Of a stretch of 64,000 nt of DNA, positions 1 through 9,280 are shown one piece after another. Every line of letters starts with the position of its first letter. Position 1 is the first letter of the stretch. The position numbers were made by a program, and so were the translations under genes. Source of the stretch: a virus; IMG/VR virus record IMGVR_UViG_3300047546_002006, positions 15,219-79,218 of that record; one strand, written 5' to 3'. The notes below the pieces were generated by a model. That model was not told the DNA's origin. It did no database searches and saw only the letters and a program-made list of their open reading frames with translations.

Positions 1-20
1 GTAAACAACGTCCACAAGGC

Positions 21-2465
21 GTGGTGCAGACAGATCTTGGTTTTGTTGATGAATTACTCAATGATCCAAGTTTACTTTCGCAAGTTGAGTACCAAGAATT
101 TACCGAAGGTTTAACTGGGCCAGCCCTATCTCAACTTCGTGGCGCTGAATCTAGAGCACGTAATGAGTATCGCGGTTTGGTAACAGAGATTGGTGATCAG
201 ATTATTGCAGAAGAACGTGCCAAAGTCCAATCACAAACTTTAAGTGCACTGGAGTCTGGCGAAGACCAGATGACAGGTCGTGTCAAAATGCAACTGTCGC
301 GTAATGAAGATTTAGATTTAAGTCAAATTGAAACGCTTGAAAATATTGCAGAAGAAAATAATGCGCTAATGCGAGAGCAAGCAGATCCCTCTCAAATGCA
401 AGGATATGTGCCAGACCAAGCAATTAACCAAGCAGCATCTCAGTTACCAGATGGCCCTCCCCTGGACCAAGCGGAAGGAAAACGTGTTTTTGATTTGAGT
501 GGGGGCAAATCAAAAATTACTGGAAATATTGTTACGCAAGGTTCAAAACAATATTTTACGGCTTCTCCTAATGTTTTAAATCAAGGACAAGCTGATGACG
601 CATTAGTGCAAGAAGCAATACGTCATTTGCGAGCTCAAGAAATTGATACTGATTTTGATTATTCGCTAGAAAACAAAATTCAAGCTGCACAAGTTAACGA
701 TCGTATTCAAAGAGCGCAAGCATTACAAAACCAAGCAAATCAAATCCTTTCTGAAATTCAAGCAGAAGCACAACCAGTTACACAACAACTATCTCCTGAA
801 GAATTTGCTTCAGCTTTTAATAAGCAATACCGAGAAGAGTTAAATGCTTCATTGCAACTTGTTGATAATGCACGCCAACGTGCTGAGCAACGTTCTGCAC
901 AAACAGAAGCAACAGGCGAAGATCTCGAATCCCTGCTTTTAGGTGAACCTGGAACTATTGAAACCACCATGCAAGGCAAAGCCCTCCGTGGCGGGAAGCC
1001 AAACATTACTGGTGATATTGTTTATCAAAATGATGCAGGGAATTTTGTTACTGCAGATGCCGGATTAAAAACACGTTTAAATCAAGGTCAACAATATGAA
1101 CAACGTGCACGCCGTTTAAATCAACTAAGGTCTGCTTCAGATGAAGAATTAACAGGGTTGTTCTTCCAGGGTCAGCAAGCTATTGCAAATAAACAACCCA
1201 TGACGCAATTAGATTTAGATACAATGAGATTTGCGTCTGAAATTTTGCGCACCAGGGCATTAAAAGAAGTAGAACCTACCCGTTTGCAACTAGACGCATT
1301 AGAACGATCAAAAGCTTCGATTGCAAAATCCCAAGAGATTTTACAAGCTGCTAGAAATTTACGGCCAACCGTTTCCCCTGGACCTGCGCAAGATGTTGCA
1401 CGTTCTATGGAAACACTGCGTCGTGCAATGATTGTTGATCCTTCGGAACCGCTGCCTAGCTATCCATCTGTACAACAACTCAGGACAGGTTTTATTGATG
1501 CAGGTGATTACGCTGAATTAGGGCCAATTGTTGGTGCTCCTGATGTTTATACCGGAGCTGCGGCAGAAGCTGCTGGACCTGTGATTTTTACTGGCAAAAG
1601 CAAAGCTAATACTGTTATTAAACAACCAGATATTACCGGATCCGTCACTACGCCAGTTGGCAAATATTTAACACAAGATAATCCAGATGTCCTTGGCACA
1701 GTTTATAGAGTTGCCGGTACTCCAGCCAATCGTGCAATTTCGGCACAGGTGGAAGCAAATGCACAAGCATTTTTAGCAGATGCTCTTACTGGTGGTTTAC
1801 AACAAAAAACACAACGCGTTCCAGAACCTTATCGAACCCCAGGTACTTATGGGGTTCAACAACTTAATCTTTTAACTCCTCCTCTTTCTGAAAAAGGTTT
1901 CTCCCAGAATCCTCTCGGCCTTACAGGTTCTGCGCCAAGTCAACGTACTTTGTATGCTCAGTATCAACCTGGCCGCAGTGCTTCAACTCCTTTAAGTCCA
2001 TTTATTGGCGAGATGCTTGGTGGCACGGTAAATGTTGTACCACCTTCTACTGCTGGTGCTGCAATGCGGCGTGATATTGGCGCTCCACCCGGCAGTATTG
2101 ATTTGACGCGGCGTGGCGAACGTGGACGTTACTTCAGCCGCTATCCTGAGCAACCTTTTGTTACGGGTATGGAGCCAGCTCCAATTGGACCCATCGTTCC
2201 TTCACCAGGTTTATCTCGCGTTGGTGGCATGCAACAAAAAACAATTAAAGGTGCCGGTAATTTGCCGATCACTCAATTGACTACACAAGGACAAAAGATT
2301 TCATATCCACACATGGATCCCCTAGTTAAAGCAACTGGTTTCCGTGGAGAGCAAATTACAAATGTTCCACGTTATGGTATTAACCCAGGAGCTGAAGATT
2401 GGCGCACGGATTTAATGCGTTCAGAGTTTAGGCGCAGCGGTCCTCTTCGCAGGTATCAAGCGTAA
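21..2465 (+). CDS. Large hypothetical protein, probable virion internal protein (may start before the window)
   Basis: 814-aa ORF, Gln/Ala-rich helical N-half and Pro/Gly-rich C-half; upstream of the packaging module; no family motif recognised. Confidence 0.6.
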   Translation: MVQTDLGFVDELLNDPSLLSQVEYQEFTEGLTGPALSQLRGAESRARNEYRGLVTEIGDQIIAEERAKVQSQTLSALESGEDQMTGRVKMQLSRNEDLDLSQIETLENIAEENNALMREQADPSQMQGYVPDQAINQAASQLPDGPPLDQAEGKRVFDLSGGKSKITGNIVTQGSKQYFTASPNVLNQGQADDALVQEAIRHLRAQEIDTDFDYSLENKIQAAQVNDRIQRAQALQNQANQILSEIQAEAQPVTQQLSPEEFASAFNKQYREELNASLQLVDNARQRAEQRSAQTEATGEDLESLLLGEPGTIETTMQGKALRGGKPNITGDIVYQNDAGNFVTADAGLKTRLNQGQQYEQRARRLNQLRSASDEELTGLFFQGQQAIANKQPMTQLDLDTMRFASEILRTRALKEVEPTRLQLDALERSKASIAKSQEILQAARNLRPTVSPGPAQDVARSMETLRRAMIVDPSEPLPSYPSVQQLRTGFIDAGDYAELGPIVGAPDVYTGAAAEAAGPVIFTGKSKANTVIKQPDITGSVTTPVGKYLTQDNPDVLGTVYRVAGTPANRAISAQVEANAQAFLADALTGGLQQKTQRVPEPYRTPGTYGVQQLNLLTPPLSEKGFSQNPLGLTGSAPSQRTLYAQYQPGRSASTPLSPFIGEMLGGTVNVVPPSTAGAAMRRDIGAPPGSIDLTRRGERGRYFSRYPEQPFVTGMEPAPIGPIVPSPGLSRVGGMQQKTIKGAGNLPITQLTTQGQKISYPHMDPLVKATGFRGEQITNVPRYGINPGAEDWRTDLMRSEFRRSGPLRRYQA

Positions 2466-2498
2466 TCTTGATAAAATTAAAACATCATCTTTAAACTA

Positions 2499-2810
2499 AT
2501 GGCTGACGACAAGAAAGACAAAAAGTGGATTCAAGACATGGATATGAAGGAAGGTGCCTTTACTGCTAAAGCACGCCGTAAAGGCATCACCTCTGCTCAG
2601 CTTCAAGAAAACGTATTATCTGATCCAGATAAATACGATGAAAAAACAGTAAAGCAAGCACGGTTGCGTCAAACATTAGTAAGCTTAAAAAAGAAAAAGA
2701 AACGAGGCAAAGGCGTGCAAGGCTCTACGGGCAACACTGGAGCACAAGGTACCACCGGAGCACAAGGTACCACCGGAGCACAAGATTCAAAACGTAAAGC
2801 AGAAAGCTGA
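2499..2810 (+). CDS. Small basic hypothetical protein with short collagen-like Gly-X-Y insert
   Basis: KKWIQ...GAFT...ARL pattern seen in small basic phage proteins; tail GVQGSTGNTGAQGTTGAQGTTGAQ. Confidence 0.7.
   Translation: MADDKKDKKWIQDMDMKEGAFTAKARRKGITSAQLQENVLSDPDKYDEKTVKQARLRQTLVSLKKKKKRGKGVQGSTGNTGAQGTTGAQGTTGAQDSKRKAES
2739..2784 (+). repeat. 18-nt exact tandem repeat GGAGCACAAGGTACCACC, about 2.5 copies
   Basis: Read directly at 2739, 2757 and 2775 (partial). Confidence 0.95.
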
Positions 2811-3403
2811 TGGCTAAAGATTATCGTTTAGACCTTGGTCGTTACATTGATTACTCCAAGGATGTTTTTGCCAAAAAGAAACAGTTAAATTTTGATGATC
2901 TGTTTTCAGCCAAAGCATCAACAGGTGCAGCCCCTTGGATGCCAAGCAGGTTTGAAACGACAGACTTGCTTCGTCGCATTCAAACGCGTAAGCTAAAACT
3001 TAATCCATCTCTTAATTTTGTTGGTGATACACCAGAAGAGTATGAGGTTTTTGCAAATATTGGTAGGTTTACACGTAAAGAAGGATATGACTTTACAGTT
3101 GGCCGCCCACTTACAAAATTAAGGCCGCAAGAACAGCCTGGCTATAGTTCAACCTGGATGGATGCATACAATTTAAGTCCAACACTTAAACCTGATGATC
3201 GAGTAAGTAATCCAATGCCTCGGTTGAGCAACCCAGATCCCAACGGTTATATTATGGCGGCAGCAGAAAACCGTGCTAAAAATGAATTAGAAGGCAATCG
3301 ATCTGTTGCTCAATTACTTTCCAACAAAACAGAAGATAAGCCAACAGATGGTCCATCAGAAAAATCCGACTATCGCTCGGCACCAGAAGCAAAACCAGCT
3401 TAA
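2810..3403 (+). CDS. Hypothetical protein
   Basis: 197-aa ORF coupled to the upstream gene by a TGATG stop/start overlap. Confidence 0.7.
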   Translation: MAKDYRLDLGRYIDYSKDVFAKKKQLNFDDLFSAKASTGAAPWMPSRFETTDLLRRIQTRKLKLNPSLNFVGDTPEEYEVFANIGRFTRKEGYDFTVGRPLTKLRPQEQPGYSSTWMDAYNLSPTLKPDDRVSNPMPRLSNPDPNGYIMAAAENRAKNELEGNRSVAQLLSNKTEDKPTDGPSEKSDYRSAPEAKPA

Positions 3404-3449
3404 TTATTTAATACCCACACTTTATAATAATTAAAAAGGAAATGGATAA

Positions 3450-4040
3450 GTGAGCTTTCTGCGCCGCCTGAATCTTGCCGGACGTAACGCACCAACGTCC
3501 TTTTCGCCTGCTCAGTTGATGTCTCAAGTGGCCAAACCCTCTTTAACGAGTGGTGCTTATTCAGGTGGCTTATCACTGTTGTTGGGTGCTAATCCCATAC
3601 AAGCACTTGCTGCCGGTGCCGTTGATGCTGGTGCGTCTGCAGCTTCTCTAGGTTTATTGCGTAAATTAAATCCCAAATCTTATGGACAACGTACGTTAAT
3701 TGATACTAAAACCGGTGAAAAAATAACACAAGAAATTACCCATCCTTTAGAGACACCTCTTAATGTTGCTACAAGTATTGGTGTGAATTTTTTAGCAGGC
3801 CCTCTTATCTATGGAGGCGGACAAAAAGAGCAAATTTCTCAACAAATCGAACAGCGCTCTCTTGTAAATCAAACACCCATTAATCAACAACTTGTTTCCC
3901 CTGGCACGCAATTCCAAATGGCTGGGTTACCCGATGCAAGTCAATTCGAGCAACTTCTTAACCAACGTGGCAATTGGACTCAATATCTGAGCCCAGAAGA
4001 TCAGGCCTTAATTGCCGGCGTTGTTTCACCAAGGTTGTGA
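3450..4040 (+). CDS. Hypothetical protein, putative internal/ejection protein with hydrophobic Ala/Gly segments
   Basis: GTG start 21 nt after TATAAT; two hydrophobic segments. Confidence 0.6.
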   Translation: MSFLRRLNLAGRNAPTSFSPAQLMSQVAKPSLTSGAYSGGLSLLLGANPIQALAAGAVDAGASAASLGLLRKLNPKSYGQRTLIDTKTGEKITQEITHPLETPLNVATSIGVNFLAGPLIYGGGQKEQISQQIEQRSLVNQTPINQQLVSPGTQFQMAGLPDASQFEQLLNQRGNWTQYLSPEDQALIAGVVSPRL

Positions 4041-4041
4041 T

Positions 4042-5004
4042 ATGTTTCAAGAGTTTCTTAACAAATTAACAACAGGTGCACGTAAAAGTGCAGAGGCATC
4101 AAAACGTGCAGCTTCCTACGATCCTGATCTGCCTGCCGGCATTAAACAAGATGTTGAACGCAATCCAACTATTCTTAAAAGTATTCCTGGCTTGCGTGGT
4201 CGTTACCATGACGAGCTACGTGCTCTTGGTGTCTCGTTAAAAGAAACACCTATCGAAGCAGCCGGTGCATTTGGCACTCGTTTGCTTACTGATTTAACCA
4301 ATGACGGTACACGCGGCATTTACTGGCGTTACAACCATCCCCTTGCCTGGTTAGAAGAGGGTGCTAAAGCAGCAATTGGCGAGAAGGCATATAAAGAACT
4401 TGGCCCCACAAAAACCGGTCTTATTGTCGGTGCTGGTGTTGCATTACCTGCCACTGCATTAACAGGCGCATACGACATCTTGAATCCAGGGGAGATGTTT
4501 CGCCCCAAAGGATTTGCTCAAGGTTATGCAGAAGAAGGTTCACAAGATCGTAGAGAAACATCGCAACCTGTACCAGAGTTATTTGAACGTTTCTTCCTTG
4601 GACGCACTGGCCGCCCATTAAGTTATGAAACAGCAAAAGAAGATATTCCTTCTTTAACGCCAGAGCGTTATGGTAACTATCTGCGTAATTATTATCAAGA
4701 CCATGGATTTATGGGTCTTGTAAAAGCAACTCCAGAAAATCTGCAAGGTGTACCAGAAGCTCGAGTTCTTGGTTATCCAGTTACTATTCCATCTGTGACT
4801 ACAGCGGTTGGTGGTATTGCTGGTGCAGCATTATCCATTCGTACTGCACCAACGGTTAAGAATGCATTCCGTCGTGGCCTTGCTGGCGCTGCTGCAGGTT
4901 CTGCTGCTGGTGCAATGGTAGGTAATCTTGCCAATGCAGTATTAGCATCAAAAGCAACACAACAGACCATGCCTACCACTGCTCAGTATGAAATGATGCA
5001 GTGA
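4042..5004 (+). CDS. Hypothetical protein, putative ejection protein with glycine-zipper segments
   Basis: ATG at 4042 preferred to 4012; AVGGIAGAA and GLAGAAAGSAAGAMVG segments. Confidence 0.6.
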   Translation: MFQEFLNKLTTGARKSAEASKRAASYDPDLPAGIKQDVERNPTILKSIPGLRGRYHDELRALGVSLKETPIEAAGAFGTRLLTDLTNDGTRGIYWRYNHPLAWLEEGAKAAIGEKAYKELGPTKTGLIVGAGVALPATALTGAYDILNPGEMFRPKGFAQGYAEEGSQDRRETSQPVPELFERFFLGRTGRPLSYETAKEDIPSLTPERYGNYLRNYYQDHGFMGLVKATPENLQGVPEARVLGYPVTIPSVTTAVGGIAGAALSIRTAPTVKNAFRRGLAGAAAGSAAGAMVGNLANAVLASKATQQTMPTTAQYEMMQ

Positions 5005-5034
5005 TAGAATTTATAAAAAAGGTAGAGTGTTGAA

Positions 5035-5994
5035 GTGCTTAATCCTTACGCATCTTACGGAATTACGCCTAATTTTCAATTAGGAACGACAGGATCTTTT
5101 GCTCCACAGCCTGGCATGTTCGCTGGTGGTGCAGCACCTTCTGTACGTCTTGATCCACGAGCACAACAAGTTTTGGCAGATCAATCAGCAGCTGCAGGCG
5201 CTGTTAATCTTGGTGGTATTGCAGGTGGTCCTCAAGCACCTCAACCTGGTACCGGCCAACGCATTCGAGAAGGGCTTCAGACAGCGAAAGGTAAGGGACA
5301 AGAATTTTTAAATGCGTTTCTTCAGGGTGCCTCTGCCCTGCCAGTTGGCCGTATTGGTGCAGCTGCTGGAATGATTTCACCAGCCATTACAGCTATCGGG
5401 GAAGCAACTGAAGGCCGTCCAGTCGGTGCTCTGGGTGCCATTGGTGGTGGTGCCGCTGGTGTCGGTCTTGGCGCCGCCGCAGCCCGCTTAATTCCTGGCC
5501 GTCTGGGTAAGATTGCTGGTGCTGTTCTTCCCACTGTGGGCGGTATGATCGGCGCTCCTACAGGCGCTCAAGCGGCTGAGTCCATTCGTCAAAAAGCAAC
5601 AGGTGAGCCCACCAAAGGTAAAGAGGGTGAGTTCAGTACTCAAATGGCAATGGCTCAGCAAATCAATGAGTTAGGTGCCACGCAATATCGCGATCAGATG
5701 GGTACATATACAAGTGCTCTTAAAGATCTTTCCAAACATTATTCTGATCAACAGTATTACGATCTGCAGCGCAATATGCCGCTGATCGAAAAAATGAAGA
5801 ACTCTGAGCTTGTTCGTCAGCAAGCCCTTAATGCACACATGGCGCAACAACAGGCCATGCTTGGTACTTTGGCAACTGCAGGTGCCCTGGCACAAGGTGC
5901 ACAAGCTGAGTCTGGTGCAACACTCCGCACAGCATTAACATCTGCTCCATATGCAGGCGCTGTACTGCAAGCTCCCCAAATTCGCTTTGGTTGA
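5035..5994 (+). CDS. Putative ejection/pilot protein (glycine zipper plus coiled coil)
   Basis: GALGAIGGGAAGVGLGAAA zipper followed by Gln/Ala helical region. Confidence 0.6.
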   Translation: MLNPYASYGITPNFQLGTTGSFAPQPGMFAGGAAPSVRLDPRAQQVLADQSAAAGAVNLGGIAGGPQAPQPGTGQRIREGLQTAKGKGQEFLNAFLQGASALPVGRIGAAAGMISPAITAIGEATEGRPVGALGAIGGGAAGVGLGAAAARLIPGRLGKIAGAVLPTVGGMIGAPTGAQAAESIRQKATGEPTKGKEGEFSTQMAMAQQINELGATQYRDQMGTYTSALKDLSKHYSDQQYYDLQRNMPLIEKMKNSELVRQQALNAHMAQQQAMLGTLATAGALAQGAQAESGATLRTALTSAPYAGAVLQAPQIRFG

Positions 5995-6518
5995 TCATGG
6001 CACCACGCAACTTTTTTGAGAAACCAAATGCATTGAGCTGGGTGAACTACTACGGTTCTCAGGAACCCCAGGTCACCATGCGGGATTTTACCCCGCAACA
6101 AACACCTGCTGCAACCACGCCACAACTATGGAATGGTGAAATTCCAGTAGCTGGGCAAACATCTACCGGCAATGCATATCAACGGGTAATGTCACAGTTG
6201 CCACCAGAGTTATTTGGTGATGACAAAGACCCAATGTCCAAATTAATGCGTTGGTCAATCTTCCGCGATATGTATGAAAATGATCCAGAGATCATTCGTC
6301 AACGTGGACAGATTTATGGTGACATCATGAATCAAATGGCAGATAAAGCAAATGCTCGTGCCATGCAAAGCAATCTTTTTGCTGGTCTATTAAGCCTGCC
6401 AAAACAATTTGCTACAGCAGCTGAACGTCGCCTGGAGTACCTGCCTTATCAGTTACAGGTTGCTCAACCGCCGCAAAACTCTAGTTTTGTAACCAGGCAA
6501 TACGCAACTGTTGTTTAA
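5991..6518 (+). CDS. Hypothetical protein (ATG at 5997 likely)
   Basis: 175-aa ORF in the same cluster. Confidence 0.65.
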   Translation: MIMAPRNFFEKPNALSWVNYYGSQEPQVTMRDFTPQQTPAATTPQLWNGEIPVAGQTSTGNAYQRVMSQLPPELFGDDKDPMSKLMRWSIFRDMYENDPEIIRQRGQIYGDIMNQMADKANARAMQSNLFAGLLSLPKQFATAAERRLEYLPYQLQVAQPPQNSSFVTRQYATVV

Positions 6519-6549
6519 TCTTTTATGTTAATCTAAAAGAAAAATAATC

Positions 6550-6969
6550 ATGGACTTAGGAAGTATTCTTTCTGGCATTAGTCAATACGGAGCAATTCCA
6601 GATCAACCAACAATTAATTCTTTTCCTTTAGCTAAAGGTGCTACTGGTGGCTTTGGTTTGTTTGGTGGCTACAATCCAATGCAGATGGCTGGCATGCTAG
6701 GCATTGGCCAGTTTGGTGCTCAGCTTGCGGGTCAAGAAGCAGCCGGTAAATCTGGACAAGCGGGTTTGGATACCATGGCTGACTTACGTGATATTGATTT
6801 TGGTACAGATCTTTTTGCTGCAAATAAAGATATTTTTGAACAAAGAGATATGCCACGGTTTTTTGATAAGTACCGTGCCACTAATCCTTTCTATCGTCAA
6901 AATCAACTACGCCAAAATCTGCCAGATCTCGCTGGACGCTATGGTCGCTTTGGTGCCTTCGTCGCTTAA
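6550..6969 (+). CDS. Hypothetical Gly-rich protein
   Basis: 139-aa ORF, ATG after AT-rich spacer. Confidence 0.65.
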   Translation: MDLGSILSGISQYGAIPDQPTINSFPLAKGATGGFGLFGGYNPMQMAGMLGIGQFGAQLAGQEAAGKSGQAGLDTMADLRDIDFGTDLFAANKDIFEQRDMPRFFDKYRATNPFYRQNQLRQNLPDLAGRYGRFGAFVA

Positions 6970-7008
6970 ATTTTTACAGTTAAAATATACATAATATGAG
7001 TATCAAAT

Positions 7009-7704
7009 ATGGCTTTTAGTTTAGGTGGCTTCCTAGGTGGCGCAGGCTCTGGTGCAGCAGCGGGCTCTACCTTTGGTCCAATTGGTACTGCAATCGGCGC
7101 AATCGGTGGTGGCCTGTTTGGTGGCATCGGTGGATCCGGTCAAACACCACAATACCAACCAACTGAATTACAAAAAGATTTAACAAGCTACGGGCAAAAA
7201 CAAGTTAAAGCAACTCGCGCAACACAAGATCGTATTATTAGCGAATACGAATCGATGATACGCGCGGGTAACCGTGGTGCGGCAGAGAATTTCCTAGAGC
7301 AATATGTAAATCGTTACTCCAATTCCAAGCCTTTTGAAAAAGCATTGGCAAAGAGCTATCAGCAAGATATTGATTACAGCCAAGGTAGTTATTGGAATGA
7401 AGCAAACGAATTGTACAAACAACAAAACTTAGGATTTAGCCCTGAAGATTTTGCTTCCTTTGCTGACCGGGCCAGGGGGCTCAATATCCGTAGTCCACAG
7501 GCTTTTAGTGATATGTTAAAACAGCAGTTAATTGCAGGGGGCAAGGTGATGACCCCGCAACAAGAGCAATTAAGCCTGGTATTTGGAGATCCATATCGTG
7601 ATGAAACGGGACGTTATAGAAACTATTATCAAGCCCTGCGAACATCTACCAAACCTGGCTTTGTTTCAAAATTTGAAACTTCTCAACTAGCACCAACTAC
7701 ATAA
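7009..7704 (+). CDS. Putative ejection/DNA pilot protein with N-terminal glycine zipper
   Basis: GGFLGGAGSGAAAGSTFGPIGTAIGAIGGGLFGG N-terminus resembles pilot/ejection proteins. Confidence 0.6.
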   Translation: MAFSLGGFLGGAGSGAAAGSTFGPIGTAIGAIGGGLFGGIGGSGQTPQYQPTELQKDLTSYGQKQVKATRATQDRIISEYESMIRAGNRGAAENFLEQYVNRYSNSKPFEKALAKSYQQDIDYSQGSYWNEANELYKQQNLGFSPEDFASFADRARGLNIRSPQAFSDMLKQQLIAGGKVMTPQQEQLSLVFGDPYRDETGRYRNYYQALRTSTKPGFVSKFETSQLAPTT

Positions 7705-7732
7705 TAAAATTAATATAACAAAGAGAGTTGAC

Positions 7733-8611
7733 ATGGCCAAGTGGAAACGAGAATTACAAGAACTTTCTTTAGGTGGTTTAAGCCATGAAGAATACGATCA
7801 GTTTAAAACTTCTTATGGTAACGTATCGGCAGACAAGCTAAATGCTTTTGCCTTAAAAAAGAATATTCTTTTTCCCTCTGGAAGTACAACCACTACTACA
7901 CCAACATATCAAGGAGGAGGCACCACTACAACAAGCGGAGATACCACTACAAGTGGAAATGCTTCTGGCATTGCTCCCAGTGGATATGCCACAAATCTTC
8001 AAAACCAGTATGATTATGAGCTCGGTTTAATTAACGCACAAGGTGAATATTCCGTAAGGGCTGCTGATATTGCGGCAAATGCACAGCTTAGTTCTACGCA
8101 AACTAGAGCTGAGGCCGATAAAGAAATTAATCGTGCCCGAACTGAAGCTGATCGATATGCGGCAGAACTTGGCTTAAAAGGAATTGAGTCCCAAACCTCT
8201 GCACAACGTTATCTTGGTGAGCTTGGATTAAAAGGCACACAACTTCAAACAGACGCTCAGCGTTATCTTGGTGAGTTAGGCTTACAAGGTACACAACTTC
8301 AAACAGACGCGCAACGTTATCTCGGTGAGTTAGGTTTACAAGGTACTAAATATTCTGCTGATAAAGAATCAGAGTGGCGCAAGGCAGTTGCTGGAATTGA
8401 AGTAGAAGGTCGATTAAATCTCCAGCCAATTATCAATGCTGGCCTTGCACGTGTTGCTGAGATTGAAGGTGCAGCCGCTCGTGATGTTGCTGAAACAACC
8501 GGTCGTTATAGCCTGGAGTCCATGCGCACACGCTCTGAAGCAGACAAAGCCATCGGCAAAATGCAGCTCGCTGGCGCGCAGTATGGATTAATTGGTTCAG
8601 TATTTGGTTAA
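7733..8611 (+). CDS. Putative ejection protein with 18-aa tandem repeats
   Basis: AQRYLGELGL[KQ]GT repeats at a 54-nt period (8201, 8255, 8309). Confidence 0.65.
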   Translation: MAKWKRELQELSLGGLSHEEYDQFKTSYGNVSADKLNAFALKKNILFPSGSTTTTTPTYQGGGTTTTSGDTTTSGNASGIAPSGYATNLQNQYDYELGLINAQGEYSVRAADIAANAQLSSTQTRAEADKEINRARTEADRYAAELGLKGIESQTSAQRYLGELGLKGTQLQTDAQRYLGELGLQGTQLQTDAQRYLGELGLQGTKYSADKESEWRKAVAGIEVEGRLNLQPIINAGLARVAEIEGAAARDVAETTGRYSLESMRTRSEADKAIGKMQLAGAQYGLIGSVFG

Positions 8612-8649
8612 TTTGCTATAAAATATAGAGAGATTAACGGGCATTATCT

Positions 8650-8829
8650 ATGACAGCTTCTGTGCCTGCTGGCCAAAGTGCTGCAGACGACTATTTTAAT
8701 ATCGATCGTTTTCAGCAGCTTTTAGACAAGCTGGAGGCCTCTAAAGGTCGTCAAACACGTCAAAAATCCGTAGAGGGTCGACGCGATGTGTTTGCCCAAG
8801 GCCTTGCCAGCATGATGAGCAACTTCTGA
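8650..8829 (+). CDS. 59-aa protein, paralog 1 (absent from ORF track)
   Basis: Hand translation MTASVPAGQSAADDYFNIDRFQQLLDKLEASKGRQTRQKSVEGRRDVFAQGLASMMSNF; many synonymous differences from the next gene. Confidence 0.9.
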   Translation: MTASVPAGQSAADDYFNIDRFQQLLDKLEASKGRQTRQKSVEGRRDVFAQGLASMMSNF

Positions 8830-8840
8830 TTTAACTAGCC

Positions 8841-9020
8841 ATGACATCTTCTGTACCTACTGGTCAAACCGAAGCAGACGATTATTTTAATATTGATCGC
8901 TTCCAGCAACTCCTCGATAAATTAGAGGCTTCCAAGGGTCGTCAAACACGCCAAAAGTCGATTGAAGGTCGTCGTGACGTGTTTGCCCAAGGTCTTGCCA
9001 GCATGATGAGCAACTTCTGA
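8841..9020 (+). CDS. 59-aa protein, paralog 2 (absent from ORF track)
   Basis: Hand translation MTSSVPTGQTEADDYFNIDRFQQLLDKLEASKGRQTRQKSIEGRRDVFAQGLASMMSNF. Confidence 0.9.
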   Translation: MTSSVPTGQTEADDYFNIDRFQQLLDKLEASKGRQTRQKSIEGRRDVFAQGLASMMSNF

Positions 9021-9031
9021 TTTAAATCCCA

Positions 9032-9280
9032 ATGACATCCAGCGTTCCCACTGGTCAGCTAGATACTGATGACTGGTTTGATCTAGATAAATACAAACAA
9101 GCTGCTGAAGTAGCTTATAGTTTCTCTAAGAAAAAAATGGAGACTGCTGGTGAACAGGAACGCGAAACCATTGGAAAAGGAGCAGAAGAACAGCGCACTT
9201 CCGCAGAGCAAGGGCAACAGTTCCGTCAAGCAGACGAAGCAAGGGATTACAACCAAGCCCAACGAGCTTATCGATATTGA
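9032..9280 (+). CDS. 82-aa protein sharing an N-terminal leader with the two upstream paralogs
   Basis: MTSSVPTGQLDTDDWFDLDKY N-terminus. Confidence 0.85.
   Translation: MTSSVPTGQLDTDDWFDLDKYKQAAEVAYSFSKKKMETAGEQERETIGKGAEEQRTSAEQGQQFRQADEARDYNQAQRAYRY

Noticed and set aside
8650-9020. 191-nt-period direct repeat considered as a CRISPR array or DGR template/variable pair
   Set aside because: Both copies are intact ORFs with mostly synonymous, non-adenine-specific differences; no reverse transcriptase or repeat-spacer structure in the window
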